Of a DNA stretch of 34,947 bases, positions 16,941-26,041 are shown piece after piece (position 1 is the stretch's first letter; the number at the start of each line of letters is the position of its first letter). Origin of the DNA: an uncultured Thermococci archaeon. Its GTDB lineage: Archaea; CAYQAE01; CAYVLA01. The notes beneath the pieces were generated by a model. That model was not told the origin of the DNA. It did not search any database and saw only the letters and a list, made by a program, of their open reading frames with translations. The position numbers and the translations under genes were made by a program. The stretch lies in contig CAZJVP010000067.1 of NCBI GenBank assembly GCA_964549615.1, positions 1 through 34,947 of the forward strand, read 5' to 3'.

Positions 16941-18014
16941 CTAGCACCGGACGGGCAGCCGACCGTGCTTCATCACGGTCTGCGTGATGGCCTCAAGCCC
17001 ACGGTCCCTCTGGGCGGGCGGCACCGTCTCGGTTATGCCAAGGACGAGGCCTTTTCCGGGGCTTGCCTGGCTCAAGAGATTTCGCACGTACCCTCGTATC
17101 CCCTCGGAAGCCCTGTAGAATATGACCTCGGGGATGTTGACCCAAATGGCGAGCTTCTCGCCCCATAGGGCTCGCGCCTCCCTGAGCCCGAGGTCCCCGA
17201 TGGGGGGCGGCGTGAAGGCCTCCACCACGTCCAGGCCCGTCTCCGGCAGCAGATCCTTTAAGCACCTCAACCGCCCGTCCATGTGTGACTGGACGATCTT
17301 TCCCCCGGAGTGCAGAATGTCGGAGTAGCTCTGGTAGTAAGGGATGCAGTAGCGACGGAAAAGGTCGGGATTCACCAAGACCCCGTCGATGTTGTCGCCC
17401 ACGTTCACTATCCTCGGCGGGGCACGAGCGACGATCCTCATCCTCTCCTGGACCTTCAGGTCGATCGCCTCCATCAGCTCCTCCACCTTCTCCCTCCTCC
17501 TCCTGAGCTCGACGACGAACCTCCTGAAGCCCATGTAGTTGACGATCAGTTGCATGAGGGGCGTGTAGCCCGTGCCGACCTGAAGGACGCCGTGGTCGGC
17601 AACCTCCTGCATCCTTTGCTCCAAGTCCGCGTATGCAGGCTTGCAGACCTCATCCTCGATGATGAACTTCACGACCCTGTAGTCATCCGGCCCCTTGATC
17701 ATCCGCTCGACGACCCATCTGTCTCCCCTTTCTCCACCCTCGGACGGCAGGTTTATCCTAGTCTTCTGGGTCACCTCGCCAACGGGCGTCTTGTAGGTCG
17801 TGACGGAATAGTCGCCCAGCGTCTGCGTCTCTGAGGTCACGTTGGGCGTGGAGGCCTTGAAGACCGATGTCGGATACGCGATCCCCATGCCCGCCTTCAG
17901 CAGCGCCTCGAGTACCTGAGGGTCCCGCGGGGTGTGCCCTTTCTTGGGCATCCACGGCACGTAGTCCGGCTCGCCCCAGGTCAAGGCTTGTATCGCCCTC
18001 TCCCTCATCCTCAA
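16941..18014 (-). CDS. Uroporphyrinogen decarboxylase/MtaA-like methyltransferase family protein
   Basis: RER---AL----PD-VP, TP-G, MG---F, P-LF--Y--PYY, SHMDG, EAFTPPP-GD, TE-VP. SD GCGGTGA 5 nt before TTG 18014. Confidence 0.85.
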   Translation of the reverse strand: MRMRERAIQALTWGEPDYVPWMPKKGHTPRDPQVLEALLKAGMGIAYPTSVFKASTPNVTSETQTLGDYSVTTYKTPVGEVTQKTRINLPSEGGERGDRWVVERMIKGPDDYRVVKFIIEDEVCKPAYADLEQRMQEVADHGVLQVGTGYTPLMQLIVNYMGFRRFVVELRRRREKVEELMEAIDLKVQERMRIVARAPPRIVNVGDNIDGVLVNPDLFRRYCIPYYQSYSDILHSGGKIVQSHMDGRLRCLKDLLPETGLDVVEAFTPPPIGDLGLREARALWGEKLAIWVNIPEVIFYRASEGIRGYVRNLLSQASPGKGLVLGITETVPPAQRDRGLEAITQTVMKHGRLPVRC

Positions 18015-18154
18015 CTGGATCACCGCGGCCAGCCGTGGGACGCTCTTCAGGTTCGCCTTTCTGGGGATATCTACATTTATGTAGCACCGATCTGCATGGC
18101 CCGCAGAGGGCACAGGACTTGCGCACGATAACGCACCCAATAACCGGAAAGGAG

Positions 18155-19147
18155 ATGCCCGAGTTCCTCACTGGCGTCATCACCCCCATGCTGACGGCGT
18201 TGAATGAGGACCTCACGCTCGACGAGGAAGGCAACAGATCGCTCATCCAGTGGTACAAGAAGACGGGCGCAGTGACCACGGTCTTCGCCAGATCCGGGGT
18301 GGGGCAGATGGCACATTTCTCCTTCGAACAGGTCAAGACTCTCATCGACATCGCGGTGGACGAGGCAGGGGACGAGATCTTCGTCCTTGCCGGGACGTCC
18401 GGGACGCTCGGCGGGCGAGATCCGGCCAGAAGACCGTCGGAGCAGAAATACGTGGAGGAGACGCTGGAGCTCAGCCGTTACGCTGAAAGGCAAGGGGCAA
18501 CGGGCGTTGTCATCGTATGCCTGGGCTTGGAACCCTCCTCCAACCTGGCGGACAAGATCTTCGACTTTTTCAAAAGGGTCAATGCCTCGATCGACATCCC
18601 CATAGTGATCTACGAACCGCCCGCGACAAACCCAGCCTACAGCATAACCCCTGCCCTCCTCCACAGGCTTGCGGACCTGCCCAAGGTCAAAGGGATGAAG
18701 CTGTCCTCCCCCGACATGCTCAAGTTCGGGCTACTTTGCGATGCGACCAAGGACCAGGACTTCACCATGATCTCAGGGCACGAGGGCGCCTTCCTCACCT
18801 CGCTCGTCTTGGGCGCAGGCGGGGTGATAGGTGGAGGCTGCAACACCCACCCAGAGCTGATACGCGAGATCTTCGACGCCTTCATGGCGGGAGACTGGGA
18901 GAGGGCTCGAAGGGCACAGTTCGAAGTTGCCAGGCTGTTGGGAACGAGGACGCTGGTCCGCGACCCTTACTCGGGGGTTGCTCTCAACGCAGCAAAGATC
19001 TACCTTGCCAGGAAGGGCGTGAAGGTCAAGCCGTACCATTGGCCGGAAGGGAGGTCCGAAAGCGGAAGAACGGACCTAACCGAGAAGGATCTGGACCTGG
19101 CCAAGAAGGCGATAGATGAGGCGCTGCAGTCGATCAGGAGAATCTAG
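18155..19147 (+). CDS. Dihydrodipicolinate synthase/N-acetylneuraminate lyase family aldolase
   Basis: GVITP--T, IP-VIYE-P (catalytic Tyr), GMKLS (Schiff-base Lys), GA-G-IGG--N--PE. SD AAAGGAG before ATG 18155. Confidence 0.88.
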   Translation: MPEFLTGVITPMLTALNEDLTLDEEGNRSLIQWYKKTGAVTTVFARSGVGQMAHFSFEQVKTLIDIAVDEAGDEIFVLAGTSGTLGGRDPARRPSEQKYVEETLELSRYAERQGATGVVIVCLGLEPSSNLADKIFDFFKRVNASIDIPIVIYEPPATNPAYSITPALLHRLADLPKVKGMKLSSPDMLKFGLLCDATKDQDFTMISGHEGAFLTSLVLGAGGVIGGGCNTHPELIREIFDAFMAGDWERARRAQFEVARLLGTRTLVRDPYSGVALNAAKIYLARKGVKVKPYHWPEGRSESGRTDLTEKDLDLAKKAIDEALQSIRRI

Positions 19148-20193
19148 AAAGCCTTCCAGCCCTCTTCGTATCCCTTCTCGTACATCGCGACGACGTTCTC
19201 GGGCGGGGTGTTCGCCTGTATGTTGTGGCATGGCGCCAAAATGTAGCCGCCTCCCCTGCCCAGGATGCGCAGGTTCTCCACGACCTCCCTCCTGACATCC
19301 TCCACCGTTCCGAACGGCAGGGTCTGCTGGTTGTCCATCCCCCCGTGGAAGACCAGTTTCTGGCCGAAGTCGCGCTTCAGCCCCTCCCGGTCCATGCCCC
19401 TGCAGCGCCACTGAATGGGGTTGAGCACGTCTATGCCGGCCCTCACCATGTCCGGAAGTATCTGCCGGATGGCCCCGTCGCTGTGGTGGAACACATACGC
19501 CCCTTCGGAGTGTGCAAGATCGATCACCCGCTTCATCCTAGGGATCAGGAACTCCCTTATCTGCGCAGGCGACATCAAAAGGCCAGTCTGGGATCCCAGG
19601 TCCTCCGCCACATAGGTGATCATCACCTGGCCCGGGATCTGCTCATAGATCCTTCGGGTGTTCTCGTAGGCCAGATCGAACAGCTTGTCCAAGCAGTAAT
19701 GAACGATGTCTGGGTGACGGACGAGGTCAACATAGCCCTGCCACTGTCCGCGAAGATTCTTGTAGACCAAGAACGGCTCAGACCCACCACCCCTGATGGG
19801 GCGGTTTTCCATCCCCTTGATCTGGCCCGGTATGCCAGAGTAATCCCACCAATCCGGGTCGGGCCACTCATAGTTCCGCTTGATCTCCTCCAGACTTGAG
19901 TACTGGGCGAGCGGGTGGTACACAACCTCGGTGTACACGCCGGTTCCGTAGTGGACGTCCTTGTACCTGCAACCGTAGATATCCTCCCCCTCCGGCGGCT
20001 TCGGCCCGACGTACCTGGGGGCCACCGTAACCGGCGTGTCGATGTGGAGGATCTCCAAGGCTTCGTCCAGATTCTTGCAACCCAGATACCTGACCAACCT
20101 CTCGTTTGCCTCGTTCGTCGCCCAGTAGTCCATGGGCACCCGGTCAGGCCTCCTTCGCTGAAGCACCGCGAGCCAACGCTCCCTGGGGGTCAT
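19144..20193 (-). CDS. Uroporphyrinogen decarboxylase/MtaA-like methyltransferase family protein
   Basis: MTPRER-LA-L----PDRVP, HPL, WPDP, EDLGSQ, HHSDG, LNPIQ, FHGG-D-Q, GGYILAPCHNIQ--TP-EN. A possible CTG start lies at 20208. Confidence 0.9.
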   Translation of the reverse strand: MTPRERWLAVLQRRRPDRVPMDYWATNEANERLVRYLGCKNLDEALEILHIDTPVTVAPRYVGPKPPEGEDIYGCRYKDVHYGTGVYTEVVYHPLAQYSSLEEIKRNYEWPDPDWWDYSGIPGQIKGMENRPIRGGGSEPFLVYKNLRGQWQGYVDLVRHPDIVHYCLDKLFDLAYENTRRIYEQIPGQVMITYVAEDLGSQTGLLMSPAQIREFLIPRMKRVIDLAHSEGAYVFHHSDGAIRQILPDMVRAGIDVLNPIQWRCRGMDREGLKRDFGQKLVFHGGMDNQQTLPFGTVEDVRREVVENLRILGRGGGYILAPCHNIQANTPPENVVAMYEKGYEEGWKAF

Positions 20194-20388
20194 GGTTTCC
20201 TTTGGCAGACTATCCGCTCCTCTCCCGCGGGTCGCCAGCAGGCGTTTATTTGTTTCACTGTGGGGCAGGCGCACGGAGCCGCAGCGAGCCCATGAAGCGC
20301 TAGCACTTGCCGCTGGGACGCCGCGTCCATTCGCCACAAGCATGCCTTTTCCGCACGTCGGGTCGGTTCTCACGAAGGTCGAGCGTAT

Positions 20389-21498
20389 CTACGCCTGTAC
20401 TGCAGCCGGCCCGAGGTCGAATCCGGCCTTCATGGCTCGGTACCTCTGGTAGTGGCAGAAATTCTGCCAGGAGATGTCGGGGGGCACGGAGTGGTCGATG
20501 TGGGCGATGTACCCGCCCGTAGCGACGACCGGCCAGACCCTGTCCACCTCGGCCTCTATCTCGGCTTTTCCTTTGGTGAGGGCCTGCTTGTCGATGCCGC
20601 CGAACATGACCAGTTTCCGTCCATACTCCTTCCTGAGTTGTCGCACGTCCATGCCGGACCGCACCTCAAGCGGCCAGATGGCGTTGAGCCCGGCCTTGAG
20701 CCATAGGGGGATGAGGGTGCGCACATCGCCATCGCTGTCCACGCCGATCAAGTCCACGCCTCGCGATCGCAGGTACTTGCACACTATCCTGTACCTAGGA
20801 AGCATGAACTCCTTAAACATCTCGGGGGCAAGCAGGGGCCCGGTTCGGTACGCCATGTCCTCCCAGAAGCCGAATATGTCGATGTCGACATCGTCCAGCA
20901 TCTTGCCCAGGATGGCGAGGAGAACCTCAACACGCTGATCCATCATCTTCTCGACGAATTCCGGCCTCTCGTAGAAGGCCCTGCAAAGGTTCTTCAGGCC
21001 CAGCAGGTTCCGCAACGGGCCGAAGAAGCCGCCCCACCTGTCCGGGAAGTACATCAGCGGCGCGGTCCTTTTCTTCCACTCCTTCACTCTCGCCTCCCAG
21101 TCCTTCGGGAATCTCTCATCCAGCTTGGGCGCCAGCCTCTCTCTGACCAGACGATCGAAGTCCTCCTCGGTCTCCACCGGGAACTTCACGAACTGGGGCA
21201 TGCTCGACCAGCCCCTGTGCTCCTTGAACTCACGCTTCAGGATGCCCTCGTGGTCGATGTAAAGGACGGTTTCAGTGGTCTCCTCGATGACGGTCTTCTC
21301 GAACGGGGGCCAGGGGCCAGCCGATACCGGCACGCCCAGCATCGGGTCGTGGGGGAATATCTCGTGTATCGGGCGCCCGTCCCAGCCCTCTTTTCGCCAT
21401 CTGGCTTCGGTCTCGGGCCACGTTCCCTCGCCCGAGATCCAAGGCCGGTCGGGCTTCTCAAAGTGTGTTATGGCATGGTACCTTTCCCTCGGGGTCAT
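20389..21498 (-). CDS. Uroporphyrinogen decarboxylase/MtaA-like methyltransferase family protein
   Basis: MTPRER------F-KPDR, W-ET--RW--EG, EDMAY--GP, VDSDG, P-EV--GMD, GGIDK, GGYI---DHSVPPD. TATA TTTAAG about 26 nt upstream of ATG 21498. Confidence 0.9.
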   Translation of the reverse strand: MTPRERYHAITHFEKPDRPWISGEGTWPETEARWRKEGWDGRPIHEIFPHDPMLGVPVSAGPWPPFEKTVIEETTETVLYIDHEGILKREFKEHRGWSSMPQFVKFPVETEEDFDRLVRERLAPKLDERFPKDWEARVKEWKKRTAPLMYFPDRWGGFFGPLRNLLGLKNLCRAFYERPEFVEKMMDQRVEVLLAILGKMLDDVDIDIFGFWEDMAYRTGPLLAPEMFKEFMLPRYRIVCKYLRSRGVDLIGVDSDGDVRTLIPLWLKAGLNAIWPLEVRSGMDVRQLRKEYGRKLVMFGGIDKQALTKGKAEIEAEVDRVWPVVATGGYIAHIDHSVPPDISWQNFCHYQRYRAMKAGFDLGPAAVQA

Positions 21499-21593
21499 GC
21501 GCGCAGGCCGGAAGGCGGCCAAACTTAAATGAATGGGTGGTCGCCTCCAGCTGGCGGCAGTGGAGCTTTCCTGGAAACGATTCCGGCGTCCGG

Positions 21594-22400
21594 CTAATCC
21601 CGTCGCGCAAGCTCCCGCATGGCCTCGTCCACCCCCATGTTCTCGTGGACTATGCCCGCTATCGCCCAAACCATCTTCGTCGGGTCCTTTGCCTGGAAGA
21701 CATTCCTCCCGATGCTTGCGCCTGCTGCGCCAGCCTGGACGGCTCCCCAAACCGTCTGCAGCAGCTCCTTTTCCTGGCCTCTTGCGGGTCCTCCGGCTAT
21801 TACCACGGGCGCGGGGCATCCCTTGACGACTTCCCTGAATGAGTCGATATCTCCGGTGTAGTTGGTCTTCACTATGTCGGCGCCCAGTTCGGCCCCGACC
21901 CTGGCCGCAAGCTTCACCGAATCGACGTCGAACTCGCTTGGCACCTTCGGGCCCCTGGGGTACATCATGGCAACGAGCGGCATTCCCCAGTGCATGCACT
22001 TCTTTGACACGCGGCCAAGGCTTGCGAGCATCTCGGATTCGTTCTCGGCCCCTACGTTGATGTGCACGCTGACAGCGTCTGCTCCAAGTTTTATCGCTTC
22101 CTCAACCGTCATGACCAGAACTTTGTTGTCCGGGTTGGGCGAAAGCTTGGTGCTTGCCGAAAGGTGCAGTATGAGGCCGATGTCCCTACCGTAGTGCCTG
22201 TGGCCGAACATCACCAAGCCCCTGTGCCCGATGACGGCGTTGGCCCCGCCGTTTGCCACCTGATCCACTGCCCTCGCCATGTCTATGAGGCCGGGAACCG
22301 GGCCGAGCGTGACGCCGTGATCCATCGGTACGATCACCGTCTTGCCCGTCTCCCTGTTCATGATCCTTTCCATTCTAACTGCTTTGCCTATCTGGGTCAT
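21594..22400 (-). CDS. aroA': 2-amino-3,7-dideoxy-D-threo-hept-6-ulosonate synthase (archaeal class I aldolase, DhnA family)
   Basis: [80 protein letters not shown]. Closely follows the MJ0400-type pattern as I recall it. Confidence 0.85.
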   Translation of the reverse strand: MTQIGKAVRMERIMNRETGKTVIVPMDHGVTLGPVPGLIDMARAVDQVANGGANAVIGHRGLVMFGHRHYGRDIGLILHLSASTKLSPNPDNKVLVMTVEEAIKLGADAVSVHINVGAENESEMLASLGRVSKKCMHWGMPLVAMMYPRGPKVPSEFDVDSVKLAARVGAELGADIVKTNYTGDIDSFREVVKGCPAPVVIAGGPARGQEKELLQTVWGAVQAGAAGASIGRNVFQAKDPTKMVWAIAGIVHENMGVDEAMRELARRD

Positions 22401-22738
22401 GTGTTGGGCAAGGCCTCCGCGGACCGTAAATAGGTATCCATAGAGTCGTCGAGTCCCGTATTGCTCAACGCTGGCCGCCGAGGTCCCGACGAACACCTTG
22501 GCATGGCCGTCCAGCCTCCCTCGACGATCCTGAGTAGGGGCGGACGAACCGTTGTATGGGGCCTACGTATGTGGCCGGTCGTAGGATCGTGTACTTCGAG
22601 GATGCCCTTCGGCCAGGTTATCTGGCAGCCGATCGACTTCCTGGGGCGGAGAATCCCGGCCAATCACTCCTCGTCCCGTTACTGGCTGCGCCAGCCCCTT
22701 CGCCTGGTCCGCGGAGGAGCCGAGCGTGCGTCCCAGCC

Positions 22739-23554
22739 CTACCTGATGAGCACTACAGCCGCCGAAACGATCCCCAACGAACCCAATGAAACGGCCCAGT
22801 CGCAGAGGCGGAGGCGACTCTCCCTCAGGAAGGTTCGCCTGCCCTTAAGGCCAAAGCCCCTTCCTTCCATGGACACCGATATGGTGCCTATCCTTTCCAG
22901 GGCCGAGACGATGAGGGGCGTGAAGGTATACCTTGCCAGACGCACAAGGGCGCGAGGCCCGGGGACATCGATCTTCAAACCCCTGGCCAGCTGGGCCCTC
23001 CTCACGGTATTGGCCTCAAGCTGGAATATCGGGATGAACCTGAGGGCGAGAACGAGCATGAAGCCGTACCTGTAGGGCACGCCGTGGCTAATCAAGGAGC
23101 ACGCAAGCCGTGCGGGCTCGGTTGTCGTCACGAAAAAGATGCTGGAAATCAGTATCATCAGCAGCCTCGAGGCCATCACTGCCCCCTTTACAAGCCCGCC
23201 GGAAGTTATCACAAGGTCGGCCCCGATCCCCACAGCCCGAAGGTCAAGGCCGCACAAGGGCCTGCCTGCCCGGGTGAAGAGGACCTGTAGGAGGAAAAGG
23301 ATTGCCAGCAGCCAGATGAGGAACCTGAGCCTCCCTAGGATCCTACGCAGGCCGACCCTGGACCTCCATACCAGAATGAACGCCGACGCCAAACCAGCCA
23401 GCATGAGGCACAAACTACGGGCAAGGACGGCGAGAGCGCAGAAACACGAGAGGATCACGATCTTGGTGAGCGGATCGAGCCGGTGTGCGAACGACTCACC
23501 ATCTGCGTATCCAAGCACGCTCAAGAGCCTCTCCACCCCTCGGGCAGATACCAT
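22739..23554 (-). CDS. ecfT: ECF transporter transmembrane T component
   Basis: HRLDP-TK, TT-P--L---L---G-P, ALRFIP, the two conserved motifs AQLARG and MEGRGF, RTF. Confidence 0.93.
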   Translation of the reverse strand: MVSARGVERLLSVLGYADGESFAHRLDPLTKIVILSCFCALAVLARSLCLMLAGLASAFILVWRSRVGLRRILGRLRFLIWLLAILFLLQVLFTRAGRPLCGLDLRAVGIGADLVITSGGLVKGAVMASRLLMILISSIFFVTTTEPARLACSLISHGVPYRYGFMLVLALRFIPIFQLEANTVRRAQLARGLKIDVPGPRALVRLARYTFTPLIVSALERIGTISVSMEGRGFGLKGRRTFLRESRLRLCDWAVSLGSLGIVSAAVVLIR

Positions 23555-24984
23555 TTCTCATCCTCTTTGTCAAGAGTTGAGAAGACATGGTCCGGAGGCC
23601 CCTGAACGAGCACCCTTCCCCGCTTGAGGAAGGCGATCCTGTCGCAGGATTCAGAGGCGAGATCCGGATCGTGTGTCACCAACAGGCACGATGCTCCGCG
23701 ATCGACCTTCTCGCGAACGATCGCCATGATCCTGTCCACGTTTCCCTGGTCTTGGCCCACGAAGGGCTCATCAAGCAGGTATAGGTGAGGTTCGTACACG
23801 ACCACCGACGCGACGTTCAACCTCCTCTTTTCGCCGAGGCTGAGGGCGTGAGGGGACGACTCTCCCCTATCCCGCAACCCGAGGGTTGCAGCCACGTCGG
23901 ACAGGCGAGCGTCCGCCTCTTCCCTCGGAATCCCGAAGTTCCTAGGACCGAAGAGGATCTCGTCGTTGATGGAGGACTCGAATATCTGGTGGTTGGGATT
24001 CTGGAAGACCATTCCAACCTCGCGCGCGATGGCAGAGGTAACCTCCACCCGGCGCCCTGCAAACTTGACCTGGCCGCGCGAAGGCCTCAGCATCCCCATG
24101 ATCATGAGAAGGAGCGTCGTCTTGCCCGATCCATTGTCGCCCATGAGGCCGACCATCTCGCCCCGCCGGATGTCGAGGGTAACATCCTTCAACACCTCGG
24201 TTCCATCGTATGCAAAGCTGACGTGCTCGATGAGCAGGAGGGGGTCGGGGGACAACGTCTTGGGAGGCTGCCTGCGTGCCGCACTCCTCGCCTGCGTCTT
24301 CTCAATCAGCGGACAGGAGTGTAGGGCGGAGACGGAGCCGTGCGACAGGACCGCCATCCTGCTTGCCCGGGCTGCTATCCACGAATACCGATGCTCGATC
24401 ACAACGATCGTCACTCCCTGTGAATTCAGGCGGCCAAGAACATCTCCTATCTCCCATGCGGAGCGCGGATCCAAGCTCGAGGTGGGCTCGTCAAGAATGA
24501 GGACTTTCGGCCTCAGCGCGAGAATGGACGAGATGGCCACCTTCTGAAGCTCGCCTCCTGAAAGACTTGAGATCTGTCTCTCGGAAAGGCCGATGGACCC
24601 TGTGGATTCCAAGGCCCACGATATCCTCTCTTCCATCTCCCTACGGCCCACGCCCATGTTCTCAAGCCCGAAGGCCAGTTCATCCTTGACGTTCAGGGTC
24701 ACCATCTGCGATTCTGGGTCCTGCTGCACGAGGCCCACGAGGCCTACCAGGTTTTGCCTGGGGACGGCGTGAACATCGACCCCGTCGATCAGGACCTTCC
24801 CTTCCATCTCTCCGCTCCCGGGCCCCAGAAAGCCGGCCATGATCTTGGCAAGCGTGGTCTTGCCGCTGCCGCTTTCGCCGATGATCAGGAAGATCTCCCC
24901 GTCAGCTATCCGAAGGTCTATGTTCTGAAGCGCGGGCAGGGTGCACGACCGGTATCTAAAAGATAGGCCCTCAAGATCGATCAA
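23521..24984 (-). CDS. ecfA: ECF transporter ATPase with two fused nucleotide-binding domains
   Basis: GESGSGKTT / QDPESQ / LSGGE / LDEPTS, then GDNGSGKTT / FQNPNHQ / LSLGEKRR / LDEP / VTHD. Confidence 0.95.
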   Translation of the reverse strand: MIDLEGLSFRYRSCTLPALQNIDLRIADGEIFLIIGESGSGKTTLAKIMAGFLGPGSGEMEGKVLIDGVDVHAVPRQNLVGLVGLVQQDPESQMVTLNVKDELAFGLENMGVGRREMEERISWALESTGSIGLSERQISSLSGGELQKVAISSILALRPKVLILDEPTSSLDPRSAWEIGDVLGRLNSQGVTIVVIEHRYSWIAARASRMAVLSHGSVSALHSCPLIEKTQARSAARRQPPKTLSPDPLLLIEHVSFAYDGTEVLKDVTLDIRRGEMVGLMGDNGSGKTTLLLMIMGMLRPSRGQVKFAGRRVEVTSAIAREVGMVFQNPNHQIFESSINDEILFGPRNFGIPREEADARLSDVAATLGLRDRGESSPHALSLGEKRRLNVASVVVYEPHLYLLDEPFVGQDQGNVDRIMAIVREKVDRGASCLLVTHDPDLASESCDRIAFLKRGRVLVQGPPDHVFSTLDKEDEKWYLPEGWRGS

Positions 24985-24987
24985 TGT

Positions 24988-26022
24988 TCATCTCACTTCC
25001 ACTCTGACGATTCCCTGTATCCACTGGGAACCGTCAAGGTCGTCAGCGACGAGGCTGGATCCATTTCCTGCCCTCACGACTATGATCTCGGGGTTCTCCA
25101 TTACCTGGTGCAGATCCAGCACCACGGAGTACCCGTCGGAAGCCACCAGCCTGACCCTTGACGCGGAAGCCTTCGGGGCAGCCCTTCGTAGGATGGCTGA
25201 CAGCGGCACGCCCGTGTAGTTCCTCGGCTCCAGGTGTATGTACGATCCTTTCAGCTCAGCCTGCACGGTCACTAGGTCCTCGTGGAAATCCGACTCCCTG
25301 TAGTTGAATGGCCTCTCGACCAAGCCTTCCACCTCGAACGAACTGGTCTTTTCCCAACGGTACGCGCAGGCAAAGAACCACAACGCTCCACCGACGAATA
25401 CCGCCATCAACACGTAACCCAGCCGCATCCTCCATCGATGGGCTCCGGATGGCCGGGGCACGGCTTTCAGCAGCCCCGAGCTAGACAAGGAAACCAGCAC
25501 GTGGTGGCAGAAATACCCACCGAATATCACCCCCGAGGCAAAAGCCATCGCGGCAATCACCGAGACCAGCAGGAAGGGGACGCCCGAGAGAAACAACGCT
25601 TGGAAGACGAACACGTTGGAGGCGGTCGCCAGCCCGCCCGCCAAGAGGATCTGGACCGAGCTCTCAGGCCGGGACTTGACCATCGCTGCATCCACGATCA
25701 TCCCTTCCACAGTGGAGACGAGCACGACAAGTGCCCCGTGAATGCTACCCGAAAGCATCTCGACCATGCCTTTGAGCGCGCCCGCCAGCGTGCCGGATCC
25801 CGTCTTCCCGGTGACGCATCTGGCCAGCAGGAGCCAGAACACGTGGAGGCCGGCGAGGAACTGGCCTGCCCCAAACGGCGTCCCGACGAAATCGTTCACG
25901 AGATTGGCTAGGTAGCCAACGTAGGTGCTGAGAACGCCCCCCAGAGCACTGAGGATCGAGATCGTGACAAGGTCGGTCGTCGTGAGATGCTGATGCGGCC
26001 TTGCCAGCTTCATTCCCATCAC
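24988..26022 (-). CDS. ECF S-component (YkoE-like) fused to a C-terminal molybdopterin-binding-like (Oxidored_molyb) domain
   Basis: About 6 TM helices with T-DLV---ILSALGG and K-GSG-LAG--KG-VE, a further TM helix, then V-G-VERP...YTGVPLS-IL...ASDGY...G-QW------V. Alternative ATG starts at 26019 and 26013. Confidence 0.85.
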   Translation of the reverse strand: MMGMKLARPHQHLTTTDLVTISILSALGGVLSTYVGYLANLVNDFVGTPFGAGQFLAGLHVFWLLLARCVTGKTGSGTLAGALKGMVEMLSGSIHGALVVLVSTVEGMIVDAAMVKSRPESSVQILLAGGLATASNVFVFQALFLSGVPFLLVSVIAAMAFASGVIFGGYFCHHVLVSLSSSGLLKAVPRPSGAHRWRMRLGYVLMAVFVGGALWFFACAYRWEKTSSFEVEGLVERPFNYRESDFHEDLVTVQAELKGSYIHLEPRNYTGVPLSAILRRAAPKASASRVRLVASDGYSVVLDLHQVMENPEIIVVRAGNGSSLVADDLDGSQWIQGIVRVEVR

Positions 26023-26041
26023 GGCGTAGGGTCCGACCGCG

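Noticed and set aside
17867-18154. Long N-terminal extensions in the ORF track (also 9089-9265, 20209-20373, 21499-21999, 22401-22496, 27944-28102, 31416-31490)
   Set aside because: They run through promoters or neighbouring genes. Family homology, TATA boxes and SD sites point to the downstream starts.
16941-21498. Calling the UroD-like genes hemE or methanogenesis mtaA
   Set aside because: They lack the HxC Zn motif of MtaA, and no tetrapyrrole, corrinoid or mcr genes are in the window, so only a family-level call is supportable.
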